Shown: piece by piece, positions 9,259 through 19,702 of the stretch
Position numbering within the stretch: position 1 is the first letter of the stretch
How the letters are laid out: each line of letters opens with the position of its first letter
NCBI GenBank assembly: GCA_046116545.1
Contig: CP175956.1
Coordinates: forward strand, 833,734 to 897,733
Reading direction: 5' to 3'
Source of the DNA: Candidatus Moraniibacteriota bacterium
GTDB taxonomy: Bacteria; Patescibacteriota; Minisyncoccia; Moranbacterales; GCA-2747515
DNA length: 64,000 nucleotides
Notes under the pieces: model-generated
Seen by the model: only the letters and a program-made list of their open reading frames with translations
The model's database searches: none
What the model was told of the DNA's origin: nothing
Made by a program: the position numbers and the translations under genes

Positions 9259-9837
9259 TTAACACCGTGATGGCGCTAAACTCGGTTCTGGTGAAAATAC
9301 TTGTTGCATTTTATTTTTAACTCCCTTAATCCATTTGCTCACCTTACTTTGACCTGGTGGCAATGGAGTACATGAAATAAAATATAAGCATACTGGAATT
9401 AATCCAAGTGTAATATCAAATAACCACGCCTCATGTAGATTACCTGTTGTTAATGTTCTCATTAAATCTAAGCTAAAATTCCAAACATGTGCAATGCTCC
9501 ACATAATTCTATGCAAAAACAACGCCTTAACTCTCTCATTTACATAACTATATCCATTTGCATATTTTTTATCCAATTCTAAACATGTGTCATTAATTCC
9601 TAGTACAAAAGCAAGTAATAATAACCAGATCAAAATTCGAGAAAAAATAATCCATGCGTATGCAGTTACATCAAAAACCAAATAAAACTGTATCGTAAAT
9701 GCAACAAATGCAATTGTCGCAAAAAACCTTGTCCACCAAAAATTAGTAAGTCCAAAAGTTTTTTGTGACCAAGTAGAAAATTTTTGAAATATATTAGATA
9801 ATATCCATAAATCTCCGTATATGACTACTTTTTTCAT
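9259..9837 (-). CDS. Hypothetical polytopic membrane protein
   Basis: 192 aa with at least 4 hydrophobic helices (e.g. AWIIFSRILIWLLLLAFVLGI). Confidence 0.4.
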   Translation of the reverse strand: MKKVVIYGDLWILSNIFQKFSTWSQKTFGLTNFWWTRFFATIAFVAFTIQFYLVFDVTAYAWIIFSRILIWLLLLAFVLGINDTCLELDKKYANGYSYVNERVKALFLHRIMWSIAHVWNFSLDLMRTLTTGNLHEAWLFDITLGLIPVCLYFISCTPLPPGQSKVSKWIKGVKNKMQQVFSPEPSLAPSRC

Positions 9838-9998
9838 AAATATAGCTCCTTTAGCTTTACAGAATGTAAAATTGTTAATTTACTACTTCAATAAATATAT
9901 TGATTCATGATATTACTATAATTTCACCATTCCGTCAACCAAAATTTGACAAAATATTGGTTTGATTGTATTTTGTGAAAATAGACTTATGATTTTAA

Positions 9999-10094
9999 CG
10001 TCTTTGCGAGGACGACGATAGGAGGACGAAGCAATCTTCTTCAAATTATCAATAATCTGTTCAAGATTGCTTCGTCGTACCTCCTCGCAATGAC
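9999..10094. repeat. MITE-like palindromic element E1 (~95 nt, ~28-bp terminal inverted repeats)
   Basis: gtctttgcgagg..acgaagcaatct ... agattgcttcgtcgtacctcctcgcaatgac. Same family as the units at 22684-22771 and 48657-48780. Confidence 0.75.
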
Positions 10095-10126
10095 ACTATT
10101 CTTTTATTAAATTAATACAAAAAAAT

Positions 10127-12361
10127 ATGAAACTATTAATAGTAGAGTCACCTACAAAAACAAAAACGATTAAAAAATATCTTGGAGTTGGTTATAAAGT
10201 TACTTCTAGTGTTGGACATATCCGTGATTTGCCTAAATCAAATAAAGAAGCAATTGATGTCGAAAATGATTTCAAACCTCATTACGTCATCTCAAAAGGA
10301 AAAGAGGATGTGGTAGATGAGCTTATTCGACTTGCCAAAAAGGCTGACGAAGGAATCATACTCGCAACCGACCCCGACCGTGAGGGAGAAGCTATAGCGT
10401 GGCATGTTGCTGAAATATTAAAAGATGCTGGAATCCCAAAGTCAAAAATGTCTCGAGTTACCTTCAATGAAATTACAAAAGATGCTGTAAACGAAGCAAT
10501 AAAACATCCTACAACAATAGATCAAAATCTACGTCGTGCTCAAGAAGCTCGCCGTGTTTTGGACCGTCTTGTAGGATATGATTTATCAGGAATTATTTGG
10601 AAAAAAGTGCGATATGGACTTAGTGCTGGTCGTGTTCAATCCCCTGCTCTTCATATACTAGTAGAGCGTGAAAAAGAAATTCAAGCATTTATACCAGAAA
10701 CATACTGGAATCTAAGTGCTGATTTCAAGACCCAAAATAAAGATGCTGTGACACTTACATGCAAAGAAGAGCCCCGTGACAAAAAAGAAGTTACTAGAAT
10801 TGAAAAAGAAGCTGCAAAAGGACAATGGATTATAAAAGATGTAAAAGAAACAACTCGTAAACGTAAACCAAAAGCACCTTTTACAACTTCTACTCTACAA
10901 CAAGCCGCATCATCAAGACTGGGATTTTCTCCATCACGAACAATGCGCACAGCTCAGAAATTATATGAGGGTGGACATATTACTTATATGCGTACTGATT
11001 CAACTACACTTTCCAAAGATGCTCTAAAATCAATCAAAAAAACTGTTGTACGAGAATTTGGAGAAGAGGCTTTTGAATTCCGAATCTTCAAATCAAGAAG
11101 CAAAAATGCTCAAGAAGCTCATGAAGCCGTGCGACCTTCACTAGCAGAAGTTGAAAACGCTGGAACAACTGATGACCAAAAGAAACTCTACAAACTAATC
11201 CGCGGGCGTGCTGTAGCATCTCAAATGGTAGACGCACAGACAAAACAAACACGAATTATTGCAAATGTTGATGGTGACAAAGTGCCTGACTTTACAGTTA
11301 CTGGTTCACGCATTATCTCACTTGGTTGGCTTGAAGCTGATCCTGGAGCTCGTGGTGAAGATACTGAAGTACCCAAAGTCACTAAAGATGAAAAATTAGA
11401 TTTGAAAAAATTTCATACAGAAGAAAAAGAAACTCTGCCTCCATCTCGCTACTCAGAAGCTGGACTTGTTAAAGAATTGGAAAAAAGAGGAATTGGACGT
11501 CCAAGTACATACGCTGCAACTATTCGCACAATACAAACTCGTGGTTATGTAGATAAAGAAGGTAGCGCGCTGAAGCCAACTGATACGGGTGAAGTTGTAA
11601 GTGATTTCTTATGGGCTCATTTTGAAAAATATATAAATGATGAGTTCACTGCAGACATGGAAGATAAGCTTGATGAAATTGCTCGTGGTGAGAGGGAGTA
11701 TGTCAAAACACTTACAGATTTTTATAAACCCTTTATAAAAGAAGTCAAAGCAAAAGAAAAGTTAGACAAAGCAACTGATTTAGGTGATGCTGATCCAAAA
11801 ATGAAGTGTCCGAAATGTAAGGGCAAAATGATCATCAAGTTAAGTAAAAATGGAAAGTTCCTAAGTTGTAAGAAATTTCCAGACTGTGACGGAGCAAGAA
11901 TGATGGATGGAACCGAACTAGAAGGTCCAAAAGAAACTGGTGAAAAATGTCCCAAATGTAAAGATGGAAAACTCGTAGAAAGAGACGGGAAATTTGGAAG
12001 ATTTATATCATGTCATAATTATCCAAAATGTAAATTCATTAAAGAAGATCCCAAAGAAGCTGCAAAAAGAAAAACTGGTGTAAAATGCCCAGACTGTGAA
12101 AAAGGTGAAATGAGTGAACGAAATGGTCGCTTCGGAGTATTTTATAGTTGTACAGAATATCCAGATTGTAAAAATGCCATCAAAGCAAAACCAACTGGTA
12201 AATTTTGCAATTACAAACGTGAAGATAAAGGCAATAAAAAATGTGGAAAACTAATGATGGAAGGAACAAAAACAATTCCAGAGAGATGCTCTGATAAAAC
12301 ATGTCCAAATCATCGTCCCGATAAACTTGAAGGTTACAAAAAACCCAAAAAGAAAAAGTAA
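10127..12361 (+). CDS. topA: DNA topoisomerase I
   Basis: TOPRIM N-terminus MKLLIVESPTKTKTIKKYLG...ILATDPDREGEAIAWH, catalytic-Tyr region, and four C-terminal C4 zinc ribbons (CPKCKGKM...CKKFPDC and others). Confidence 0.95.
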   Translation: MKLLIVESPTKTKTIKKYLGVGYKVTSSVGHIRDLPKSNKEAIDVENDFKPHYVISKGKEDVVDELIRLAKKADEGIILATDPDREGEAIAWHVAEILKDAGIPKSKMSRVTFNEITKDAVNEAIKHPTTIDQNLRRAQEARRVLDRLVGYDLSGIIWKKVRYGLSAGRVQSPALHILVEREKEIQAFIPETYWNLSADFKTQNKDAVTLTCKEEPRDKKEVTRIEKEAAKGQWIIKDVKETTRKRKPKAPFTTSTLQQAASSRLGFSPSRTMRTAQKLYEGGHITYMRTDSTTLSKDALKSIKKTVVREFGEEAFEFRIFKSRSKNAQEAHEAVRPSLAEVENAGTTDDQKKLYKLIRGRAVASQMVDAQTKQTRIIANVDGDKVPDFTVTGSRIISLGWLEADPGARGEDTEVPKVTKDEKLDLKKFHTEEKETLPPSRYSEAGLVKELEKRGIGRPSTYAATIRTIQTRGYVDKEGSALKPTDTGEVVSDFLWAHFEKYINDEFTADMEDKLDEIARGEREYVKTLTDFYKPFIKEVKAKEKLDKATDLGDADPKMKCPKCKGKMIIKLSKNGKFLSCKKFPDCDGARMMDGTELEGPKETGEKCPKCKDGKLVERDGKFGRFISCHNYPKCKFIKEDPKEAAKRKTGVKCPDCEKGEMSERNGRFGVFYSCTEYPDCKNAIKAKPTGKFCNYKREDKGNKKCGKLMMEGTKTIPERCSDKTCPNHRPDKLEGYKKPKKKK

Positions 12362-12551
12362 ACTGTAGTGGCGATCCCTTGTGGTCGCCATTTACAATAT
12401 TTACTGACACCTACAAGGGACATCACCACACAATGTCAAAATAAAGCCCAACCTACTGTCGACACTAGGCTGGATTTTGAATTATATCGAAAATAAAAAC
12501 CCAGTTTTCACATTGTAAAAACTGGGATTCATAATAAAAATTGAAACTTGT

Positions 12552-12764
12552 TCAACTCACCTGTTTTAAGGCTTTTTTCTCGATTCGATTATAGAGAGTT
12601 GGATTGTCTCTATATGATACTGGAATTTGAGATTGCTTTTCTACAATCTCACTAATCTTAAATGCAAATGTTCTCGGACATGTACCAGTCTTTTTCAAAG
12701 AAACATCATATACTACATTTTCCAACATAACTGTGAACGCCATGAATGATTCTCCTTGTTTCAA
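12552..12764 (-). CDS. Hypothetical small protein
   Basis: 70-aa ORF that overlaps the upstream small ORF by 4 nt. Confidence 0.3.
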   Translation of the reverse strand: MKQGESFMAFTVMLENVVYDVSLKKTGTCPRTFAFKISEIVEKQSQIPVSYRDNPTLYNRIEKKALKQVS

Positions 12765-12979
12765 AAATTAATCTTTTTTGTATTCTCATGAATATTTATC
12801 ATCATTCCAAAAAATCCACCAAGAGCAAATATCCACCACTTATCAATAAGAGCTCCATCAGAAATTTTACCTGTATCACCATCAGCTAATGCACAAACAA
12901 GAATTCCAAGTGTCAACGTTAAGCCTCCTATGAAACTAGCAAATTCTTCAGAAGCTACAAAAATAAAAATTCTTTTCAT
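12761..12979 (-). CDS. Hypothetical small membrane protein
   Basis: 72 aa with two hydrophobic segments. Confidence 0.3.
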   Translation of the reverse strand: MKRIFIFVASEEFASFIGGLTLTLGILVCALADGDTGKISDGALIDKWWIFALGGFFGMMINIHENTKKINF

Positions 12980-13084
12980 TTATTTCTCCCATACTCGCTT
13001 TTCACATCCCATAATCACTGCACAATCTATGCAATAATTTGGAAAACTTAAATTTTTAGATTTTTCTTCCAATAATTTTTGTAT

Positions 13085-13321
13085 TTAAAAACTTGCCTCC
13101 GTCCTAACAAAATTAATTGCAACAAAATCATCCTCATTCCTTTTTGTATACTCATTTACAATTTCAGTAATATCAGCACAAGGACTTAACGTAATTTCAT
13201 CAAATGATTCTTCACATCCTGGACAACCTTGCCTTCGCACGTTACAAACTTTTGCAAATCTCACATCAAAATAAACAGAATAAGTATTATCTGCAATAGT
13301 AACAATTATTGATTCAGACAT
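13085..13321 (-). CDS. Hypothetical small Cys-containing protein
   Basis: 78 aa containing GCPGCEE...C. Confidence 0.3.
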   Translation of the reverse strand: MSESIIVTIADNTYSVYFDVRFAKVCNVRRQGCPGCEESFDEITLSPCADITEIVNEYTKRNEDDFVAINFVRTEASF

Positions 13322-13646
13322 TCTATCTTACCTCCTTATATAAACATTTATAATTTTGTTAAATTACATAATAAACAATCATACTACAAGATTAATTAAT
13401 TTGCAATGTAAATTTTCATGACATATTATCAATAAAAATACAAAAAAAGAACAGCATCTACAAAAATTTCTGTAAATGCTGTTTTTGAAATATCATTCGA
13501 TAATTAGTACTCCAATCCACCACAGGTATCCCAAGAATAAACCAAAACCACATGGCCATCCTACACACCATACCCAAAAGTGTGCTTCCAGCTCTTCATT
13601 TGTCACAAAAAGGTTTTTTTCTGAGACTGTTCCATTTTTCCTCTCC

Positions 13647-14309
13647 TCAACCAATATAGGCTAATCCTTTTTCTTTTAACTTACTACGTGCATTCGTCAT
13701 CAATGAACAAAATTCTTCCTCTGTAAGAATAGTGTCTGTTATATCACTTTTACCAATTGAATGAATAAGTTTTCTATTACGTGTTGCCAAAAGTGCAGCA
13801 ACTACATCCAAACTTATATTTTCTAGATCAAAAACTCGCTTAAGCAAATCCCAATATTCTTCCGAATCTCGCTTATAAGTTTTACCCTTCCAATATAATA
13901 TTTGATCTTTTTTCCAATTATTGTATTCTTGACCAGTCTTTTGTACTTCATAACCAGTTAGACTGCACAACCACAACTGTTCATTGAGAAACTTTGTTTT
14001 GAATGCTTGCAACAGCCCTTCCCGAGTTGCACAATAAACTCCATCAAAATAGAATGGACATTGATATAAATTGCTCAACAAATTTGCAGGATACTTACCA
14101 TGCGAATGAATGTCAATTGACTCATGTTTTTTTGCCACATCATACCCAACAAGTGAAAATGCAACAGTCACAAGTGGAACAAGCCACCATTTACTTATTG
14201 TATAACCGAACAATAAAACCTGACTTCCAGATTGGGTCACTAAAATAATATAGATTACTAATGTTCCTGTTAATCCAAATAATGCCCCCCTGCCGATTTT
14301 ACTTTTCAT
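13647..14309 (-). CDS. Membrane-anchored NADAR-domain (YbiA/DUF1768-like) protein
   Basis: N-terminal TM region, then ANLLSNLYQCPFYFDGVYCATREGLLQAFKTKF, which resembles the NADAR signature LSNF.P.PF..DG..Y.S.EH..QA.K. The start is taken at the internal MKSKIG. Confidence 0.5.
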   Translation of the reverse strand: MKSKIGRGALFGLTGTLVIYIILVTQSGSQVLLFGYTISKWWLVPLVTVAFSLVGYDVAKKHESIDIHSHGKYPANLLSNLYQCPFYFDGVYCATREGLLQAFKTKFLNEQLWLCSLTGYEVQKTGQEYNNWKKDQILYWKGKTYKRDSEEYWDLLKRVFDLENISLDVVAALLATRNRKLIHSIGKSDITDTILTEEEFCSLMTNARSKLKEKGLAYIG

Positions 14310-14360
14310 AATTAAACCTCCCAATTGCTATTTAATTTATTGTTCTGTTAACTTACTATC

Positions 14361-14627
14361 CTACCAATCAGGATACTCATAACCAAAATCAGAATCGATT
14401 TCAATTAAACCATATTGATAGTGGTCTTCATCAACATTAATATAATATCCCAATAAAAAACAAATACTTAAAACTACGGGAATACTCCATAAATTATTTG
14501 CGGTAAAATCAAATACCGTTTGATTATTTAAAACAATAACAGCATACAAATACAACAACGCAACCACGAGTACACCAACCATAAATCTTTGCACCATTGC
14601 AATAATGATTTTTCTTGATTTTAACAT
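14361..14627 (-). CDS. Hypothetical small membrane protein
   Basis: 88 aa with two hydrophobic helices. Confidence 0.3.
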   Translation of the reverse strand: MLKSRKIIIAMVQRFMVGVLVVALLYLYAVIVLNNQTVFDFTANNLWSIPVVLSICFLLGYYINVDEDHYQYGLIEIDSDFGYEYPDW

Positions 14628-14748
14628 AATGACCTCCCTTCATTATTTTTATTGTTAAATTACTATGATATGTCACTATACTCCAAAACCCATAGATGTG
14701 CAATAATCCCATTCTCCCAATATTGGGAGAATGGATGAAGGTTTGAAG

Positions 14749-15096
14749 CTATACATTTTTTACAATTTCTTCAAGTTTCAAAAATATACTATCAATATTA
14801 TTATTTACATCATTATTCCAAAATCTCACAACATAGTAACCTTGTAATTCTAGATATTTTGTACGTTCATCATCCTTTTTGCCACAAAATTCTTCCTTGT
14901 GTTGCCATCCATCAATTTCAACAATCAACTTTTTATCAAAACATACAAAGTCAACAATATAATCTCCAATTGGATATTGTCTACGAAATTTCAGATCTAG
15001 AAATCTGCGATTACGCAATCTCGCCCACATCATTGTTTCTTGTGGTGTTTGTTTTTTGCGAAGATTTCTTGCCTTATTTGTATTTTTACTTTTCAT
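14749..15096 (-). CDS. DUF559 endonuclease-domain protein (Vsr/restriction-endonuclease-like fold)
   Basis: LRKKQTPQETMMWARLRNRRFLDLKFRRQYPIGDYIVDFVCFDKKLIVEIDGWQH is the classic DUF559 motif pattern. Confidence 0.75.
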   Translation of the reverse strand: MKSKNTNKARNLRKKQTPQETMMWARLRNRRFLDLKFRRQYPIGDYIVDFVCFDKKLIVEIDGWQHKEEFCGKKDDERTKYLELQGYYVVRFWNNDVNNNIDSIFLKLEEIVKNV

Positions 15097-15105
15097 AATT
15101 GTTTA

Positions 15106-15270
15106 ATTATACCAACCCCTCACCCCAACCCTCTCCCTTAAGGAGAGGGGGCTTTTATTACATTATAATACTAATACACCGCAATTCTAATAATTATTTC
15201 TATGAATTTTCACAACATCCCCTTCTCCTTTTGGGAGAAGGTGTCCAAAGGACGGATGAGGGTTTTTAGG
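15106..15270. repeat. Pair of dispersed hairpin repeats (family B then family A, forward orientation)
   Basis: acccctcaccccaaccctctcccttaaggagagggggctttt, and ccccttctccttttgggagaaggtgtccaaaggacggatgagggttttt. Confidence 0.8.
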
Positions 15271-15271
15271 C

Positions 15272-15940
15272 TTACAAAACTCTCATCACAGGTGCAAAAC
15301 TTTTTCTATGAATTGGAGTTGCTCCGTATTTTTGCAACGCTTCCATATGAATTTTTGTTCCATATCCTTTATGTCTGGAAAATTCATACTCTGGATAATC
15401 TTTATCATATTGTGATATTATTTTATCTCGAACTACTTTTGCTATCACAGATGCTGCTGCAATACTTTTTGATATACTATCCCCTTTTGCTACGCACACT
15501 TGTTCTCTTGTGAAATTTGGGATTAACTGATTTCCATCTATCATTACCATCATTTTTTCTGCATCTGCATACGCATTATTTTTATCAATATCTTTTTCCA
15601 GTGCTTCTACTGACTTTCTCATAGCAAGTAATGTTGCTTGTAAAATATTTATCTCATCAATCGCTTTTGGGCTACACTTTCCAATACCCACAAAGAACCT
15701 TTCCCGAACAAATTCAAAAACTTCTTCTCTTTGCTTTTCACTCAACAGTTTTGAATCTCTAACAAGTTTCCAACTTCCTTCATCTGTGACAACATCAAAA
15801 TCCTTAATATCTTTTATAACACAAGCAGCTGTGACAACTGGACCCGCCAAAGGACCTCTACCCACCTCATCAACTCCAGCTATAATATGATAACCATTTT
15901 CATATAACTTTTTTTCTTTTTCAAATGTTGCAATCTTCAT
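15272..15940 (-). CDS. rnhB: Ribonuclease HII
   Basis: HIIAGVDEVGRGPLAGPVVTAAC is the RNase HII active-site region. The start is taken at the internal MKIATF; the track ORF extends to 15994. Confidence 0.9.
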   Translation of the reverse strand: MKIATFEKEKKLYENGYHIIAGVDEVGRGPLAGPVVTAACVIKDIKDFDVVTDEGSWKLVRDSKLLSEKQREEVFEFVRERFFVGIGKCSPKAIDEINILQATLLAMRKSVEALEKDIDKNNAYADAEKMMVMIDGNQLIPNFTREQVCVAKGDSISKSIAAASVIAKVVRDKIISQYDKDYPEYEFSRHKGYGTKIHMEALQKYGATPIHRKSFAPVMRVL

Positions 15941-16034
15941 ATATCCTATTAATATTCCCTTAAATTTTAAAATTAGACATTTTACATCTAACATACTAAA
16001 ATACTAACATACTAAAATACTACTTACTAAAATT

Positions 16035-19000
16035 ATGTCCTTCACTCACCTGCACGTACATTCTGATTTCTCACTTCTCAACGGTTTAGCAAAAATCGAT
16101 GATTTACTTGATGCTGCCGAAAAAGAAGGCATGAAATCTATCGCACTTACTGATAAGAATGCTGTCTATGGACTTGTTGATCTTCAAGTGAAGGCAAAAG
16201 AGCGTGGTATTAAACCTATTTTTGGTGCTGAAATATTAGTAGCTCCAAATGGCATGGAGAACAAAACTGCCTCAGCGACTGCCCGAAAAGTTAATCAACT
16301 TGTATTACTTGTTAAAAATGAAGCTGGCTATAAAAACTTATTACAAATTGTCACCAAAGCACAATTGGATGGATTTTATCATTATCCTCGTGTTGATTAT
16401 GATGTCCTGCGAGAACATTCAGAAGGACTAATAGCACTTTCAGGAAACAGTTATGGAGAAGTGAATGAACTTCTGAAAAATGATGGTTTTGAGAAAGCAA
16501 AAGAAAAAGCTATTTTATATAGTGACATATTCGGTAAAGATAATTTTTATCTAGAACTACAGGACCATCCTGATTTTGATGCACAACAAAAAATAAATGA
16601 GGGACTTATAAAATTAAATAAAGAAACTGACATACCGCTCGTTGCTTGCGGTGATGTTTTTTATATAAAAAAAGAAGATACTGATGTACATGATATTTTA
16701 CTTTGCATAAAAATGAATCGCCAGGTTGCTGACGGTGATAGACCAAATCTCAAAAAATTTAACCTTTCCTTCCGAACAGTATCCGAAATGACAAAGCTTT
16801 TTTCTCATGTACCCGAAGCACTTGAAAACACGAATAGGATAGCCGAACGTTGTAATTTTGAGATCGAACTTGGACATACTAAACTTCCCTATTATCCAAT
16901 TCCTGACGGAGAAACGGCAGATGGTGTATTACTTGAGATGTGTGAGAAAAAGTTAGTTGAAAAATTTGGTGATAAAATCACAGAGGAACACAGAGAACGA
17001 ATGGCTTATGAACTTAGTATTATAGAAAAAACTGGCTACGCTTCATACTTTTTAATCGTACAAGACTTCACAAATTGGGCTCGTGAAAATGGAGTTGTAG
17101 TTGGACCTGGACGAGGTAGTGCAGCTGGTTCTTTTGTGTCATACCTTACAGGTATTACTAATATGGATCCAATTGAATACAAATTACTCTTTGAGCGTTT
17201 CTTAAATCCAGAGCGAGTCTCCATGCCTGATGTCGACCTTGATTTTGCTGATGATAAACGTGATGATGTTTTAGCTTATGTTCGTAGACAGTACGGAGCA
17301 GACCATGTAGCTCAGATAATTACTTTTGGTACCATGGCAGCTCGAGCTGCTATTCGCGATGCTGGACGAGCTCTGGGGTATGCCTACACCTTCTGTGATC
17401 AGGTTGCAAAGCTAATTCCAGAATTTACTTCAATAGACAAAGCATTAGCAGAAGTACCTGACTTCAAACGCCTCCATAAAGAAAATGTTGACGCTCGTGA
17501 TTTAATAGATGCTGCTAGACGACTTGAGGGACTTTGTAGACATTCTTCTGTTCATGCTTGTGGTGTTGTAATCACTGACAAGCCAGTTTCAGAATACACA
17601 GCCTTGCAGAGAGTTTCTGGAGATGAAGAAGCAACTGTTACTCAATATGCTTCAAGTACTAAATTTTCTGCAGTTGAAAAAATCGGACTTTTGAAAATGG
17701 ACTTCCTAGGACTCAAAAACTTAACCATCATTCAAAATACATTGAACATGGTTAAAAAAATTCATGGAGAAGATATCGATATAGAAAAAATACCACTAGA
17801 TAACAAAAAAGCATACAAACTACTTCAAGATGGATTAACCACTGGAGTGTTTCAATTGGAGTCTAGTGGCATGAAAAGATATCTAAAATTATTAAAGCCC
17901 TCAGTATTAGAAGATATTATTGCTATGGTGGCGCTTTATCGTCCTGGACCAATGGAATGGATACCTGATTTTATTGATGGTAAACACGGCAAAAAGAAAG
18001 TCGTCTATCTACATCCAAAACTTGAGGCAATACTAGCTGACACTTACGGAGTTGCAGTTTATCAAGAACAAGTTATGCGCATTGTTCAAGATCTCGCAGG
18101 ATTTACCCTCGGTGAAGCTGATATTTTGCGCAAAGCTATGGGTAAAAAAATTCTCAAGCTTATTAAAGAACAAAAGATTAAATTTGTTGAGGGTTGTGTA
18201 GAGCAAGGTATCAAAAAAGAAATTGCCGAAAAAGTTTTTTCATTTATTGAGCCTTTTGCTGGCTACGGTTTTAACCGATCTCATGCAGCCTGTTATGGAC
18301 TTATTGGTTATCAGACTGCATATCTTAAAGCTCTTTACCCTGCAGAATTCATGGCAGCACTCATGACAGCTGATCAAGGCAATACCGATAGAATAGCTAT
18401 TGAAGCAGCTGAATGTCGTGATATGGGAATTGAAGTTTTAGCTCCAGATATTAATGAAAGTTTCCAAGAGTTTGCAGTAATCTATGATGAATCTGACACT
18501 AAAAAAGAAAATCCACGAATTCGATTTGGACTTAATGCAATTAAAAATCTAGGAAAACCAGTTGCAAAAGAAATTGTAGCTGAGAGAAAAAGAAATGGAA
18601 AATATACAGATATAACAGATATTTGCACAAGGACTGGCTCAAAAGATCTAAATAAAAAATCAGTTGATGCACTTGCAATGGTAGGAGCACTTGATGATTT
18701 TGCACCTCGTGATGACATCTTAGCAACTATGCCCAGCATCATCACATTTATAAAAGAACTACGTACAAATGCAAGTTCTAATCAAGACTCTCTTTTTGGA
18801 GGAATGAACTTAGCTCGTGCCGAAATAACTCTAGAACACGTAGAAAGCTCTGGCAAAAAACAACATCTTGCATGGGAAAAACAATTAATAGGACTTTATA
18901 TATCTGATCATCCATCAAATGAATATAGGGACTTTTTGGATTATATGTGTGTTCCCCTAAATGAACTTGGTGAAGATAAGGCAAATAAAATAATTTCAGT

Positions 19001-19556
19001 TGGTGGTATCGTAATTGCCATTACTGTAATACTTACAAAAAAAGGAAAAAACATGGCATTCGTCACACTTGAAGATGGCAAAAGCACAACTGAATGTTTA
19101 ATATTCCCGAAGCTTTTTGAAGAGAAAAAAGAATTGTTAATAGAAGGCATGCCCATTGTAATGAAAGGAAATCTATCCGACAAAGATGATGACCTGAAAT
19201 TTCTAGCAGAATCAATAGAAGAAATAGATGAAGAACAAAATAAGTATGCGCAAAAAGTAATGAACACCCGAAAAAAATACGGAGATACTAAAAAAGAATT
19301 GGAGAAAAAAACAGATGAGCGAAATAAGCTCATCAATAAACAAAGACTTTTCATAACGCTACCAAAAAATGGCAGTCATGAAATGATAGGCAAAATAAAA
19401 GAAGTATTGGATAAATGTGAAGACGGCAATACAGCAATATTTCTACTACACAATGAACAAAAAATAAAAACAGCTTACGAAATTAATTATAACTTTCATA
19501 GTGAAGGAGATATTGAAAAGTTAGTAGGAAAAGAAAATATCCTTTTGAAGAAATAA
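16035..19556 (+). CDS. dnaE: DNA polymerase III alpha subunit
   Basis: PHP-domain N-terminus MSFTHLHVHSDFSLLNGLAKI, polymerase core (...GPGRGSAAGS...), OB-fold C-terminal region. 1173 aa. Confidence 0.95.
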   Translation: MSFTHLHVHSDFSLLNGLAKIDDLLDAAEKEGMKSIALTDKNAVYGLVDLQVKAKERGIKPIFGAEILVAPNGMENKTASATARKVNQLVLLVKNEAGYKNLLQIVTKAQLDGFYHYPRVDYDVLREHSEGLIALSGNSYGEVNELLKNDGFEKAKEKAILYSDIFGKDNFYLELQDHPDFDAQQKINEGLIKLNKETDIPLVACGDVFYIKKEDTDVHDILLCIKMNRQVADGDRPNLKKFNLSFRTVSEMTKLFSHVPEALENTNRIAERCNFEIELGHTKLPYYPIPDGETADGVLLEMCEKKLVEKFGDKITEEHRERMAYELSIIEKTGYASYFLIVQDFTNWARENGVVVGPGRGSAAGSFVSYLTGITNMDPIEYKLLFERFLNPERVSMPDVDLDFADDKRDDVLAYVRRQYGADHVAQIITFGTMAARAAIRDAGRALGYAYTFCDQVAKLIPEFTSIDKALAEVPDFKRLHKENVDARDLIDAARRLEGLCRHSSVHACGVVITDKPVSEYTALQRVSGDEEATVTQYASSTKFSAVEKIGLLKMDFLGLKNLTIIQNTLNMVKKIHGEDIDIEKIPLDNKKAYKLLQDGLTTGVFQLESSGMKRYLKLLKPSVLEDIIAMVALYRPGPMEWIPDFIDGKHGKKKVVYLHPKLEAILADTYGVAVYQEQVMRIVQDLAGFTLGEADILRKAMGKKILKLIKEQKIKFVEGCVEQGIKKEIAEKVFSFIEPFAGYGFNRSHAACYGLIGYQTAYLKALYPAEFMAALMTADQGNTDRIAIEAAECRDMGIEVLAPDINESFQEFAVIYDESDTKKENPRIRFGLNAIKNLGKPVAKEIVAERKRNGKYTDITDICTRTGSKDLNKKSVDALAMVGALDDFAPRDDILATMPSIITFIKELRTNASSNQDSLFGGMNLARAEITLEHVESSGKKQHLAWEKQLIGLYISDHPSNEYRDFLDYMCVPLNELGEDKANKIISVGGIVIAITVILTKKGKNMAFVTLEDGKSTTECLIFPKLFEEKKELLIEGMPIVMKGNLSDKDDDLKFLAESIEEIDEEQNKYAQKVMNTRKKYGDTKKELEKKTDERNKLINKQRLFITLPKNGSHEMIGKIKEVLDKCEDGNTAIFLLHNEQKIKTAYEINYNFHSEGDIEKLVGKENILLKK

Positions 19557-19644
19557 ATCAAACCGTAGGGACAGGTTTCAAACCTATTCCTACAATATTT
19601 TTGTAAAACAGGTCAACTTTAAATTAGATATTATGAGTATTTCA

Positions 19645-19684
19645 CAAAAAAAGTCTACTGTAGAATAATTTTCTACAGTAGACT
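19645..19684. terminator. Bidirectional intrinsic terminator between convergent dnaE and the 19703-20407 gene
   Basis: aaaaaagtctactgtagaa-taatt-ttctacagtagactt. Confidence 0.65.
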
Positions 19685-19702
19685 TACCACCTGATTGACT
19701 TA

